From a virus (Duplodnaviria; Caudoviricetes), in the IMG/VR virus record IMGVR_UViG_3300011013_000014, positions 1-55,279 of that record: a DNA stretch of 55,279 nt; one strand, given 5' to 3'. The translations under genes and the position numbers were made by a program. Below are positions 1 to 10,400 of the stretch, piece by piece; position 1 is the first letter of the stretch, and every line of letters starts with the position of its first letter. A model generated the notes under the pieces. It worked only from the letters and a program-made list of their open reading frames with translations, was not told where the DNA came from and searched no databases.

Positions 1-90
1 GAAGAGGTAAACGAGCTCAGATTTCAAAATGTAATGCTGGGCAAGAAAATAAAAGAATTAACTGAGATGAGGAAATCGTCTGACGGATAG
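1..90 (+). CDS. 3' end of a hypothetical protein (partial, begins upstream of the window)
   Basis: Open frame 1 from base 1 (EEVNELRFQNVMLGKKIKELTEMRKSSDG) to TAG at 88-90; same strand as all other genes. Confidence 0.6.
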   Translation, partial: EEVNELRFQNVMLGKKIKELTEMRKSSDG

Positions 91-94
91 TAAT

Positions 95-250
95 ATGAGC
101 GCATTACTAGCAATTCTAATTGTATTCTGTATAGGTGCATTTGGAAAGCTTGCAATTGGCTTTGTTCAGGTGGCAATAAAGGTAGCGGCTCCATTCGTAG
201 GAGCCGCTTTTGTATTTTACATGGCAATGGTAGCCTTTGGGATTGTTTAA
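95..250 (+). CDS. small hydrophobic (probable membrane) protein, 51 aa
   Basis: Own translation: MSALLAILIVFCIGAFGKLAIGFVQVAIKVAAPFVGAAFVFYMAMVAFGIV*; fills the gap between neighbours exactly; below the ORF-track cutoff. Confidence 0.6.
   Translation: MSALLAILIVFCIGAFGKLAIGFVQVAIKVAAPFVGAAFVFYMAMVAFGIV
184..211 (+). terminator. terminator-like hairpin inside the small membrane ORF
   Basis: AGCGGCTCC-attcgta-GGAGCCGCT, a perfect 9-bp stem followed by a short T run. Confidence 0.4.
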
Positions 251-251
251 T

Positions 252-836
252 ATGAAGAGCTGGCCTTTGACCGCGGACGAAGAGAGGGCGTTGCGTGCCC
301 ACCTGAATAAAAATATAGATTTAGAAGCTCTAATCACTAAGCATTCTAAGCACGTGGAAGGCACATTGGGCGTGCAGTCTACTCACAAAGCAATATGCCC
401 CAATAAAGAGCACAAGGGAGGAGAAGAGAGGACGCCGTCCTTTTTCTTTTCTACAGAAACAAACACATATAACTGCTTCGGTTGCCAGGTATACGGAGAC
501 GCATTTGACTTTATTAGCCTAGTTACTGGCCAGCCGGTACATATTGTTTTGGATGAGTACAAGCGAAAAGGCCCTTCTTTCTCTGATATAAAAGCACCGG
601 CTAGACCGAAGTTCAAGGTGAGAGATGTGGGTTATAAATTAGGCATCTCATTCAGGGAATATTTGAAAGCGCTAGAGGGCGCACCATTGCATTCTGCAGA
701 GGCAGAGTGGGTAGACAGTATGTTCCGGCGTATAGATGACAGGTTTTCGTGTCTTGAAGCAGATGATTACGAACAGGCCCTTAGTTTTGCTATGCAAATG
801 AATATGGAATTAGAAAGGAGACAAGAATGTTATTAG
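252..836 (+). CDS. CHC2 zinc-finger protein (stand-alone DnaG primase zinc-binding domain)
   Basis: CPNKEH...ERTPSF...YNCFGC...GDAFDFI matches the DnaG CHC2 finger; no TOPRIM domain; start placed at the ATG just after the previous stop. Confidence 0.8.
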   Translation: MKSWPLTADEERALRAHLNKNIDLEALITKHSKHVEGTLGVQSTHKAICPNKEHKGGEERTPSFFFSTETNTYNCFGCQVYGDAFDFISLVTGQPVHIVLDEYKRKGPSFSDIKAPARPKFKVRDVGYKLGISFREYLKALEGAPLHSAEAEWVDSMFRRIDDRFSCLEADDYEQALSFAMQMNMELERRQECY

Positions 837-2047
837 CAGTCATAGGAGACATGCATTATGGTGCAAATTACAATATGGGGCACACTCACCACAGGCAGCA
901 TATTAATACCAGGTTGCTTGATTACCATGAAACATTTTTAACAACCATAGATGAAATAACCGATGCAGGAGTGACCGCACTTGTACTCACTGGTGATATA
1001 TTCGAGCATCGTCGCCCTACATTAGTTCAGCAAAAGTTTTTCTCAAAGGCCCTCGCGTATGCATTTGCGTCAGGCATAAAAGACATCTATATAGTTATAG
1101 GCAACCATGATCAGCAGCGTATAAGCAGGACTAACACGCTTAGTTATTTGCAGGAGCTTAAACTAGGAAACCTACATATAGCAGACGAGCTAACGGGATT
1201 TACACTATCTCATGATGGGCAAGTATATGCAAACCTTATATTAATGCCTTATCGTGACAGAAAGTGGTATGGGGCAGATACTTATGATGAAGCACGAGCG
1301 TGCCTTAAAAAAGAATTAGATTATCACGTAAGAAGCATAGAGAATAATAGTCCCAAGATCTTAGTAGGGCATATGACCATTGAGGGCACCTTGCTTAGCG
1401 AGAGCCACCTTGATTTGAATTACGAGAATCAGCTTTATTTGCAAAAAGACATGTTCGGGGGTATAGATATTACTTTAATGGGGCATATACATGAGCCTGG
1501 CGTAATGTCCAAGGATCCTTACATAGCCTATGTAGGCTCTATGGAGAAGAGGAGTGGTCTTGAGGTAAACGACAAAGTTTACTGTATTGTTGACTTGGCC
1601 AAGGCCGAGGTCGATTTTCTCCCAGAGCCGTGCCGTAAAATATTCGATTTAAATATTGACTTCGGACACGTGGCTTTAGGTAAGGATTTGCATGACAAAA
1701 TACATGACCAAATAAGCAAAACAATAGATATTGACGGCTTGCCGGGAGCAATAATAAAGATATCTCTTAGAATTTCTGCTAGCGATAGCAAGTTTTGCGA
1801 CCTTAAAGAGCTAAGGTCGGAGATAATTGAACGATATAAAGTAAATAATTGTTTAGATATCATTCCTAATGTATTATCTCCTAGACAGGCAAGAGACGAT
1901 AGAATTACTGAAGGGATATCAGACATTGAGGCCTTCAAGCTATTCTTAGGCAATACTATAGATGAGCCAGAAAATAGGAAGAATATAGCCGCTATGGGGA
2001 TTGACATCATAAAGCAAATAGAGGGAGAACTAAATGTTGCCGATTAG
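827..2047 (+). CDS. sbcD: SbcD/Mre11-like metallophosphoesterase nuclease subunit
   Basis: GDMH, TGDIF, GNHD, GH and GHIH calcineurin-like motifs; directly upstream of the SMC ATPase. Confidence 0.9.
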   Translation: MLLAVIGDMHYGANYNMGHTHHRQHINTRLLDYHETFLTTIDEITDAGVTALVLTGDIFEHRRPTLVQQKFFSKALAYAFASGIKDIYIVIGNHDQQRISRTNTLSYLQELKLGNLHIADELTGFTLSHDGQVYANLILMPYRDRKWYGADTYDEARACLKKELDYHVRSIENNSPKILVGHMTIEGTLLSESHLDLNYENQLYLQKDMFGGIDITLMGHIHEPGVMSKDPYIAYVGSMEKRSGLEVNDKVYCIVDLAKAEVDFLPEPCRKIFDLNIDFGHVALGKDLHDKIHDQISKTIDIDGLPGAIIKISLRISASDSKFCDLKELRSEIIERYKVNNCLDIIPNVLSPRQARDDRITEGISDIEAFKLFLGNTIDEPENRKNIAAMGIDIIKQIEGELNVAD

Positions 2048-4124
2048 TCTGCATATGAAGAACTTCCAGTCTCATATAGACTCAAAGCTGGAGTTTGACT
2101 TTAACTCTGCCCTTATAATGGGAACTAATGATGAGGACGAGAGGCTCTCAAACGGAACTGGCAAAAGTTCAATCTTAGAGGCTATAGGGTTCTGCATTCA
2201 TAATCAAACTAAAAATAAAAACAAAGATGATGTCGTGCGCAGAGGAGCGGTAACTGCCTGTGTTGAGATGATGTTTTCTCACAACGACAGGGTTTTTAGA
2301 GTAGTGAGAACCCACAATGTCAAAGTATCAAAGATGGAAGTTGAGTTTGAAGAGATTTTGCCAAATGGTGAGATAATAAACAAAACTCTAGACACTAATA
2401 CTCTGACTAACAAGGCCATCCAGAATACCATAGCTTCAAATTATAATGTATTTATAAGCTCTTCTTATTTTAGGCAGGGACTGGGATTTGATTTCGCTGA
2501 GGGAACATTTAGTTCTAGGCAAGAACTAATTAGTTCCTTACTTGATTTGGACAAATGGAAGGCTTATCAGGAAGAGGCAAAGAGGCAGTACAAGTTACGT
2601 TCTAAGCGGCTAGACGAACTTAAAATTGAGATAAATAAAAGAGGAATAACGCAGGAAAAGCTAGAGTCTGTTGGTACAGAGCTTGATTCTCTTAATAAAG
2701 AGAAAGCAGCGTCTGCGATTAAGAATGCAGCCTTAGTAGCCCAAATAAAAGATATTGAAAATAAGTTATCGGCCAATTCGGGAGCTGTAAAGAGCATTAG
2801 GAAATATAGGGACTTGGAGCAAGAAATAGCGTTTGTTAAGCGCAAGCTGGATACATCTAGAAACGAGATAGCTTCTTTGGCCGCTCAATCCAGCAAGTTA
2901 GATGATGATTTGGCAGAATTTAGCAGCGCTAAGAACTCCCTTTCTCTTCGTATGGCTGAGAACAAAGAGTTTCTTTCTGGCAGAGATCCAATTGATACAG
3001 ATGCGATGGAGCGCCAAATTATTGAAGGAAAGGCCAAGAGATCCTCAGTATCTAAACAGGTAGATAGCCTGCTCAATGATAAAGAGTGCCTGATGTGCGG
3101 TCATAGCTGGGATGACTTAGAAGCGAAAGACGTAGAAATATCGCGTCGTAAAGAATATTTGAAAAAAATAGAGAAAATGCTCGAACAGGCATTGAGTAGT
3201 TTTGCCACCGCTAAAGACTTTTTAAATAGCACGCAGTCTGCAGAGCTTGAAAGCCACAGACTCTCAAGCGATTACGCACAAGTTTCTGAGCGTATGGAGT
3301 ATTGCTACTTGCGCAAAAGCACCGTAGATTCTAACTTAGAAGGAGCCCAGGAGGCTCACAGCTCCCTTGTAAGCTCCTTGGAGCAATTAGAGGAGCGCCT
3401 TGAGGGCCTTGACGAGATAAGCGGCATAGACGATGTGGAGCCCCTAGAGAGCATGCTCACAGGCAGCCGCAAAGAGTTTGATGCCCTTAGAGAGGCGGGC
3501 GGTGACTTAGTATACAGGCTAGGTGTTTTGGCCGGGGAAAAAAATATTTTAATTGAAAGCATTGATAGCTACGGAGACCTGGATACTGAGTTAAAAGAGG
3601 CAAATGACGACGTGGCAACCCTGGGTCGCTTAACCAAGGTTTTTAGCAGAGACGGAGTCCCTGCTATAATCATAGACAATGTCATTGAGGAGCTAACTCG
3701 CACTATTAATGAGTGGTTACATGAGTTCTGCACAGAGCCTACTTATATACACTTTGTAACCCAAAAGAAAAACAATAAGGGAGACTGGCGTGAGACCCTA
3801 GATATTGAAATACATACTCCCAGTGGAGTGTGCATGTTTGAGTCTCTTAGCGGTGGAGAGAAATTTAGAGTTGGATTTGCCATCAGGCTAGCCCTAAGCA
3901 CCCTTCAGGCTCGCAGAATGGGCGGAGAAATGCAGATGTTATTGCTAGACGAGGTTAGTTCTAGCCTGGACATGGCGGGCCTGGATTCCTTTCTTGGAAT
4001 TATTCGTAAATTAGAAAAAGACATGAAAGTACTCGTAATCACACATGATGATAAGTTAAAAGATGAATTTGATACCGTGATTACGGTAAGAAAAAATGCT
4101 GAAGGTAGCAGAATTGAGAGATGA
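2034..4124 (+). CDS. sbcC: SbcC/Rad50-like SMC ATPase
   Basis: Walker A NGTGKS, coiled coil with CLMC zinc hook, LSGGE signature, LLLDE Walker B, ITHD H-loop. Confidence 0.92.
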   Translation: MLPISLHMKNFQSHIDSKLEFDFNSALIMGTNDEDERLSNGTGKSSILEAIGFCIHNQTKNKNKDDVVRRGAVTACVEMMFSHNDRVFRVVRTHNVKVSKMEVEFEEILPNGEIINKTLDTNTLTNKAIQNTIASNYNVFISSSYFRQGLGFDFAEGTFSSRQELISSLLDLDKWKAYQEEAKRQYKLRSKRLDELKIEINKRGITQEKLESVGTELDSLNKEKAASAIKNAALVAQIKDIENKLSANSGAVKSIRKYRDLEQEIAFVKRKLDTSRNEIASLAAQSSKLDDDLAEFSSAKNSLSLRMAENKEFLSGRDPIDTDAMERQIIEGKAKRSSVSKQVDSLLNDKECLMCGHSWDDLEAKDVEISRRKEYLKKIEKMLEQALSSFATAKDFLNSTQSAELESHRLSSDYAQVSERMEYCYLRKSTVDSNLEGAQEAHSSLVSSLEQLEERLEGLDEISGIDDVEPLESMLTGSRKEFDALREAGGDLVYRLGVLAGEKNILIESIDSYGDLDTELKEANDDVATLGRLTKVFSRDGVPAIIIDNVIEELTRTINEWLHEFCTEPTYIHFVTQKKNNKGDWRETLDIEIHTPSGVCMFESLSGGEKFRVGFAIRLALSTLQARRMGGEMQMLLLDEVSSSLDMAGLDSFLGIIRKLEKDMKVLVITHDDKLKDEFDTVITVRKNAEGSRIER

Positions 4125-4125
4125 T

Positions 4126-4545
4126 ATGATTAATGATCTTGTTTCGGAGCACATTTTATATAACAAAGTCAAAGACTTAACTGTTGCTTTTGGAAAAAAA
4201 CGATCAGCCACAAGGCCCTCTCTGGTATTTCCAATGTCAGAAGAGTGCTCTGCCTTGGTAGTTGCCAATGCTGGCAAAGCGAGGTTCCGCGCCTTATATG
4301 ACATTGAAAAAAATACAATTTATCCTTCTATTAATGAAATTCATATCAATGATGGTAAAGTCGTTAACAGGCTTCCTAGGTCGGCCTATCTATCATTTGA
4401 TATAGAAGGAGAGGCTGTTGATGTCTACGTATTTTCTTCAAAAAAGGTAGGATTCGTGGCAGCAGATAGCGAAGACGCAGTGGTTAGTCTATTCAGGAGT
4501 TTTTCTGATGCAGATAAGCACCCGGTACAGGATACAGGAGAGTGA
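4126..4545 (+). CDS. hypothetical protein
   Basis: ORF in operon context; start moved to the in-frame ATG after the sbcC stop. Confidence 0.65.
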   Translation: MINDLVSEHILYNKVKDLTVAFGKKRSATRPSLVFPMSEECSALVVANAGKARFRALYDIEKNTIYPSINEIHINDGKVVNRLPRSAYLSFDIEGEAVDVYVFSSKKVGFVAADSEDAVVSLFRSFSDADKHPVQDTGE

Positions 4546-4846
4546 CTTAGAGTCTACGCTGGATGCCATTAAGAGCATAGGCTTTGTTGCTGCTTTGGAC
4601 CTGGCTTACAATGGCTCAATCGGCTTAATAAAGGAAGACAAGGATAGCACTCTGGCAACTAGGTTTTTATCTTGGAGCTACAACCTGTTATTAGACTCAA
4701 GAAAGGCTAAGAGTCACAAAGGTAGAGCGAGCGATTTACTACTATTGTCTAATTTTTATAGGCAGCTAGCACACAAGGTGTACTGGGTACAGAGAAAAAG
4801 AGGGAACATTGGTTTGATTAAAGATTTCATCCAAGTTATTGACTAA
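4508..4846 (+). CDS. hypothetical protein
   Basis: 112-aa ORF coupled to both neighbours. Confidence 0.65.
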   Translation: MQISTRYRIQESDLESTLDAIKSIGFVAALDLAYNGSIGLIKEDKDSTLATRFLSWSYNLLLDSRKAKSHKGRASDLLLLSNFYRQLAHKVYWVQRKRGNIGLIKDFIQVID

Positions 4847-5742
4847 TGCCAATTGTAACATTAACTTTTACTCCATCTGCAGACGAGACCATCTCGGGTA
4901 TTCCCAATACTGTTGAGATAGAGACAAATACTGCCGCTACTATTTATTACACTATAGATGGCAGTCTGCCCACATTGCTGTCTGAGGTCTATACAGAACC
5001 CGTAGTTCTTCCGACAAATGAGAACTCTATAGTCCTAAGCGCCATAGCTTATTTTCTGGATGGATACGGAAATATGGTCCCCAGCTCTGTTTTGAGCAAG
5101 CCTTATATGACTGACCAGTCCGACTTAGACAGAACTCGGCATTTGTTTTTTGAAGGCGTTGTTTATTCTTATCCTGGCGGAGCGGATATTCCATTCTATT
5201 ATGATGAAAATGGGGATGTGTCTGTCACAATAGACATACCTGCAGACCAATTAGAATTCATTGCTTCCGACCGAGATATTGATGGAGATTATATAGGCAC
5301 AGAAAACGAAGTAGAGCCGGTGCCTCCTAATGAGACGGCTACTTTAGTAGACAATGATACGCCTCTTTTTTCAACTCCAAATGCAGATACGTTCAGTCCT
5401 GAGGCTTTATACATAGAGATTGATGGCCGAGGGGGTGCGCCGGATCAGGTAGTCAAGTTAATAAATGGGCCATATATGTCCTTTAGGGATATGAGGGCAT
5501 CTTATGGCGGCATAGAGTTTTATAATATACAGGGTGCAAACTACATCAGCGGTGATGCAGTCAAGCACCATTACGATCGTGACAAGGGGACACTTGTGTG
5601 CTACTATCATGACAGTAATACTAACCGCTGGGTAAAGTCTATACAGGATTTACCGGACGCAACAGACACTACGCCCAGCTCCGTAGTAAGCAATCCCTTG
5701 GTATTTAAGTGGTTCTTATACGGGCGGCACCAGTCTGTGTAA
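4846..5742 (+). CDS. acidic protein with N-terminal chitobiase/beta-hexosaminidase C-terminal (Fn3-associated)-like domain
   Basis: ATIYYTIDGSLPT...YTEPV resembles the IYYTxDGSxP signature of CHB_HEX_C-like domains. Confidence 0.65.
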   Translation: MPIVTLTFTPSADETISGIPNTVEIETNTAATIYYTIDGSLPTLLSEVYTEPVVLPTNENSIVLSAIAYFLDGYGNMVPSSVLSKPYMTDQSDLDRTRHLFFEGVVYSYPGGADIPFYYDENGDVSVTIDIPADQLEFIASDRDIDGDYIGTENEVEPVPPNETATLVDNDTPLFSTPNADTFSPEALYIEIDGRGGAPDQVVKLINGPYMSFRDMRASYGGIEFYNIQGANYISGDAVKHHYDRDKGTLVCYYHDSNTNRWVKSIQDLPDATDTTPSSVVSNPLVFKWFLYGRHQSV

Positions 5743-5756
5743 AATATACGTGATTA

Positions 5757-6527
5757 ATGACAAAAAAGAATTCTAGTTTAACAGTTCTTAAACTAAGCGC
5801 TAGTGCTATCAAAACGTACGAAAGTTGCTCTCGAAAATATTACTATACTTATATCGATAGGCAGCCCAAGAAGGAATGGGCCCACCTAGAGCTTGGTAAT
5901 TTCGTACACGATGTGCTGGAGCATTTTCACAAAAAGGCGGTTTCTGCTCCCAGAGAGCAATGGGCCAGCTTAGTAGGCGAGCTTTGTGAGAGTATATCAA
6001 CAAAATATAATTTAATAGCCAAGGACGTTATTAGGGCCAGGGAAATGCTAATATGGTACTTGTCCATAGTATTTGAGCAGGGATTGCCACCTGTCTTGGC
6101 CAATGAGCAAAGTTTTAATATTCAGCTTGATGAGGGATTGGTGGTCCGCGGGTATATTGACCGAATAGATCAGCACTCCGAGGATGAGTTCGAGATAGTG
6201 GATTATAAAACGGGAAAATCTAAGTACTTAGACGACTTCCAGCTTTTAATATACGGACTTTATCTTCTCAATAAAGAGCCACATTTGGAGAGCTTTAAGG
6301 GATCCTATCTGGTCTTGGGAGAGGAAAAAGAAATATCATATAAGTTTACCAGAACAGATGTCGAGCGTTGTGTAGACAAAATAAAGCTAGTTGCCGATCG
6401 TATCCGGTCTGAAGTGAGCTGGGAGCCCAAGCCGCAGTTTCTTTGTCGTTTCTGTGATTTCAGAGCTATATGCCCTATAACTACTGATAAGAAGGCCACA
6501 GAGTGGGCCCAGCAGAGCACTCTTTAG
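5757..6527 (+). CDS. PD-(D/E)XK nuclease, Cas4/RecB/AddB-like, probable Fe-S cluster
   Basis: LSASAI..Y..C.RKY, GNFVH, GYIDRID, IVDYKTG, QL..Y and C-terminal CRFCDFRAIC. Confidence 0.88.
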   Translation: MTKKNSSLTVLKLSASAIKTYESCSRKYYYTYIDRQPKKEWAHLELGNFVHDVLEHFHKKAVSAPREQWASLVGELCESISTKYNLIAKDVIRAREMLIWYLSIVFEQGLPPVLANEQSFNIQLDEGLVVRGYIDRIDQHSEDEFEIVDYKTGKSKYLDDFQLLIYGLYLLNKEPHLESFKGSYLVLGEEKEISYKFTRTDVERCVDKIKLVADRIRSEVSWEPKPQFLCRFCDFRAICPITTDKKATEWAQQSTL

Positions 6528-6535
6528 CTTATTCC

Positions 6536-6556
6536 AGGGCCGGTCAAACCGGCCTT
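6536..6556 (+). terminator. short intergenic hairpin
   Basis: GGCCGGT-caa-ACCGGCC followed by T-rich sequence. Confidence 0.4.
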
Positions 6557-6575
6557 GTTAATTTTCAGGTGATAA

Positions 6576-7397
6576 ATGTTAGATATAGTTAGTGGACAAG
6601 AAAATGGTAAGAAGTGGATTGCGGGCACGTTGCCCATGAAGCACAACATTACCTTAGAGATAGATACCAGGACGGGCAAGGGAGTGATTGACGTACTGAA
6701 CTACCTCAAGGACTTTGTTGGGTACCAGGCCTCGAAAATATTTTTACCAGCACACTCTGTAGAAGACACAATACAGGAAATTTATACAATAGCAATAATT
6801 GCCATTCCAGAATATGACGCATCTAAGTGCGCGAATCTATTGACGTTTTTGCAGAACCACATACGCAATCGTATAATAAATCTTTATAAATTTGTCACTG
6901 AGCAAAGAAGGACGGCCGTGTGGGGCTACTTTAGATTTTTTAAAATAAGATGTCCGGCCTGTAAGAAGTATTTTTTAGCAGATGAGCTGTCTGATGACAT
7001 GTTTTCATGCAAGACATGCGGGCATACTCGGCAGGGAGAGGAGCGGTGGAAGAAGTATCCCATATCTATAGGAGTCCTTTCTTCTAATGAGATGTTTGAA
7101 TTGCCAGATGGTAGCCACACAACCATACAGGACCATTTTTCCTACGAGGATCTCGGGCACTTGGTAGGCGTAGAAGATAAAATGTCGGAAGATTCTGTAT
7201 TGTCACGCTCCGCGATTTTTTCTATAATCAAAAATTATGATGAATTCACACAGGCTGTTGCTAATATGATCATAGAAGGATATAATGTGTCTGAAATAGG
7301 AAGAGAGCTAGATGTGTCTAGCGCCAAAGTCAAGGCCAGATTGAATAAATTGTCAAAAAACAAGGGTTTAAGGGAGATTTTCCTTACACATAGGTGA
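6576..7397 (+). CDS. sigma-70-family-like factor with zinc-ribbon insertion
   Basis: Region-2-like EDTIQE...YD...TFL...IRNRI; region-4 HTH EGYNVSEIGRELDVS..KVK; CPAC...CKTC between them; SD AGGTG. Confidence 0.7.
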   Translation: MLDIVSGQENGKKWIAGTLPMKHNITLEIDTRTGKGVIDVLNYLKDFVGYQASKIFLPAHSVEDTIQEIYTIAIIAIPEYDASKCANLLTFLQNHIRNRIINLYKFVTEQRRTAVWGYFRFFKIRCPACKKYFLADELSDDMFSCKTCGHTRQGEERWKKYPISIGVLSSNEMFELPDGSHTTIQDHFSYEDLGHLVGVEDKMSEDSVLSRSAIFSIIKNYDEFTQAVANMIIEGYNVSEIGRELDVSSAKVKARLNKLSKNKGLREIFLTHR

Positions 7398-7401
7398 TGC
7401 A

Positions 7402-10400
7402 ATGCTTGCTGGAGCAGTAGTAAAAAGTATTTCTAATAATATAAATAAGTACGCTGAAAGTTTTAGGAATACTGGAGATCTTAAGTGGTTCTTGCGTTAC
7501 GCGCAAGAAGCTAGTTTGTATCGAAAGTTTACCAAGGCAAAACGAGTCAAGGACGACTTTTTTGTACCTCTCAACATAGATGATTTTTTGGGATTGCTTA
7601 AAGATGCCGCTGAAGTGCCTTCTGGCGACGAAGTCCAGGACTCACTTAATCAGCTAGTTGCAAGCGCATTATTGCGTCATTATGTTGATTTTGATGGAGC
7701 GGCACCAGCGTTCAAAACATACAATATGGGGCCCATTGCTGACACCTTGTCAGATCCTTTGCTGGTGCAGGACAATGATGATTTTGACAACGTTCGCACC
7801 CTATTTTTAAACAAGGTGAGCGATCCAGACGCTGACTTATCGGACGAGATAAAAGAAGTATTTGTTAGCATAGCTCGCAACGAAGAGCAGCTCCGAAATG
7901 CAATAGACTTCGTACTAACAGTAGCTTATCTGAATGCGTATAGCTATGTGGTTTATAGCAACCCCATACTCACCGTGCTGGACCCCGATCAGGTTTTAGC
8001 AGAGTCTCTTACCAAGACAGCCGCGGGCCCTAGTAAGCAGGACTTAAAGAGGCGTACGCCTAGTAAACGTGGTCCCAGGCTCAGCGACCTGCTAAATGCT
8101 GTACGCATAACAAGTGGAAAATTTGCACTGTCTTTAAGAAACACCATGAGGCAGATTGATGCTTACAGCAAACAAGGCATCCCAACCCCTTCTGCATTGG
8201 TCAGGCAGCATGATGAGTTGCTTAAAAATATCACATACTTGGATGCTTACATTGATTATCTTACGCGTCTAAAGAACGATCTACAGACCTTTATGACCTC
8301 TAACATTGAGAATCCTTATTTGAAGTATGGCGGGGGAGCAAGAGACTATATCACTGATAACCCACTGGTACGATCTGGTATTAAAAATGTTGAAAAGCTC
8401 GGCGACCTATTTCGTGCCCCTACTCCTAAAAAACTATTTGAAGTTGACGGGTGGGACGGGGCGAAGGTAAAATTCAGCCAGTTTGGCCTGCCGCAAAACT
8501 TATTTCATAAGCACTATGCTGCAAAAATGGGAGATCCTTCTTATCAAAAAGATATGGCGTCCAGTTTGTCTGACAATGCCCGGTTGGCTCAGGGCTATTT
8601 TAAAAATAGCAGATTCTCCTCGCGTTTAGAGGAACTAAAGTCCGTCATGCCAGGCGCTCCCTCTGCTCAGTTGGTAGATATATATGATGATATAAGCAAA
8701 CAATTATCTGCCTCCGTGCCGAATTTGTCTTCTGACCTAGAAGGAGAAGGCCTGGATGATTCTGGCGTGGGAGTTATTGAGAGTTATGAATCAGACATGG
8801 CTGAGTCTACCAGCAAGGCCAAGGCACTATTGGGCGAAAAATACGCTGCACAGGTAGGAGAAAACAAGGGTCGCTTTAATGATTTTTTAGATAAAATCAT
8901 AATACAGGATGCTTTACCACTTACTCCATTGGATTTAAAAGGACTTAGCGGTACGTTGTGGCCCAGCCCGGCAAAGTCTAAAAATGTAATTACAGAAACA
9001 TCAAAAAATATATTTCCAGTTTTGCATGATGTGTTAGACTCTGGCCAGTTCAGGCAGAATTATATTCAGAACGAATCAGACATGATAGTCTATGAGGAAG
9101 AGCATGCTGGTGGGGCGCCAAGCCAATTAGAGCATGAAATTGACAAGCATAAGAAGGAAATAAGCAAGGCACCCATTCTAAGAGATGAGATCGGCATCAT
9201 TAATTTACCAGTTGATAGCGTCGCATCGTACAAGGAATCGTTTGGAAATATGATTAATGACATTCTTTTTAATAACTGGGACCACACCAAGTCTATGTTG
9301 GACATGACAGACATTCCCGTGCAGGCGCTTTACGCATATCTTGGCGACCAATATATGGCGGTTGTAGGTACTGACATGGCGTGCAAAATAGCTTGTCAGT
9401 TTGGCGGCGCGCGTGAAAAGGCCGCTTACCAAGAAGAGGTAGAAGAGATAAGTACGACCTTTGGCGGAGGAAGAGAGGAATGCATGTGTTTTAATAAGCG
9501 CCCTCCTAATCCCGCTGCTTATGAAGAGGCCCAGTACTTCGTTAATGATTTAGCTCAACCACGTGAAAAAAAGAGGACTACGGCTCGGCATGCAGATAAG
9601 GCATTGGCGCAAAGAACTGTGCCTGGTATGTTGGAATACTGGCACAAGGACCCAAGTTTAAAATCTAGAGATGCGAGCAGGCCGAACTTGGCAGCTGTAA
9701 TTAGCAAGGGAGCTCAATCAGCTTTTGGGGCTCACATAAGGGATAACGGTCATAAGTTTGTTAAGGCCTTATTTATACAGAATAAGGAGCTAAGAGACGC
9801 TGCAATTAGGGCAGGAAAGAAATTAGACTGGGACGACCCTTCTAACCCGCTTCCTACTTCGCTACCCGAGTTAGCACATGTTACTGGCGCTTTTGCAGAC
9901 CCAATTCCTTCTTCTGCTAAAAAAGCAGGGCGCTTTGAAGGACGGCCGGACGAGGCTATGGATGTAGTTCCGGATGATGATATGTACATAGAAGGAATGG
10001 ATACGGCCAGTAATCATTTGAAAAGATTAATAGAGAGCGGGGCTATATTTGGCCTTGGCACTTCCGGCGCTATCAATCCTGTGCGTGAAATAAGAGAGGG
10101 ATTTTTTCAAAGAAAGCAAAAAATCATAAATGATGATGAGCGTTACGAAGAGTATATCGTTCCATACGATATAGAGAATAGAGAGACTGATAATCCTCGA
10201 AAGTATGATATTAAGGCTTCAGAAGTGCAGAGCGGTACGGACTTAGGTGCACCATTTGATGGAGAAGTTTCTTCCAAGTCAGACGCCGAAGCGCTTATAC
10301 GCGGGTTGTCAGATGACTTGCTTGAACCAGCTGTTAAATTGCAAATTATACAATTTATAAACAGGTCTTACCCCAGCAATGAGGATGTTGCCTATGCTAA

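Noticed and set aside
5757-6527. CRISPR-Cas system suggested by the Cas4-like nuclease
   Set aside because: No repeat-spacer array or other cas genes seen; stand-alone Cas4-like nucleases are common in phage replication modules
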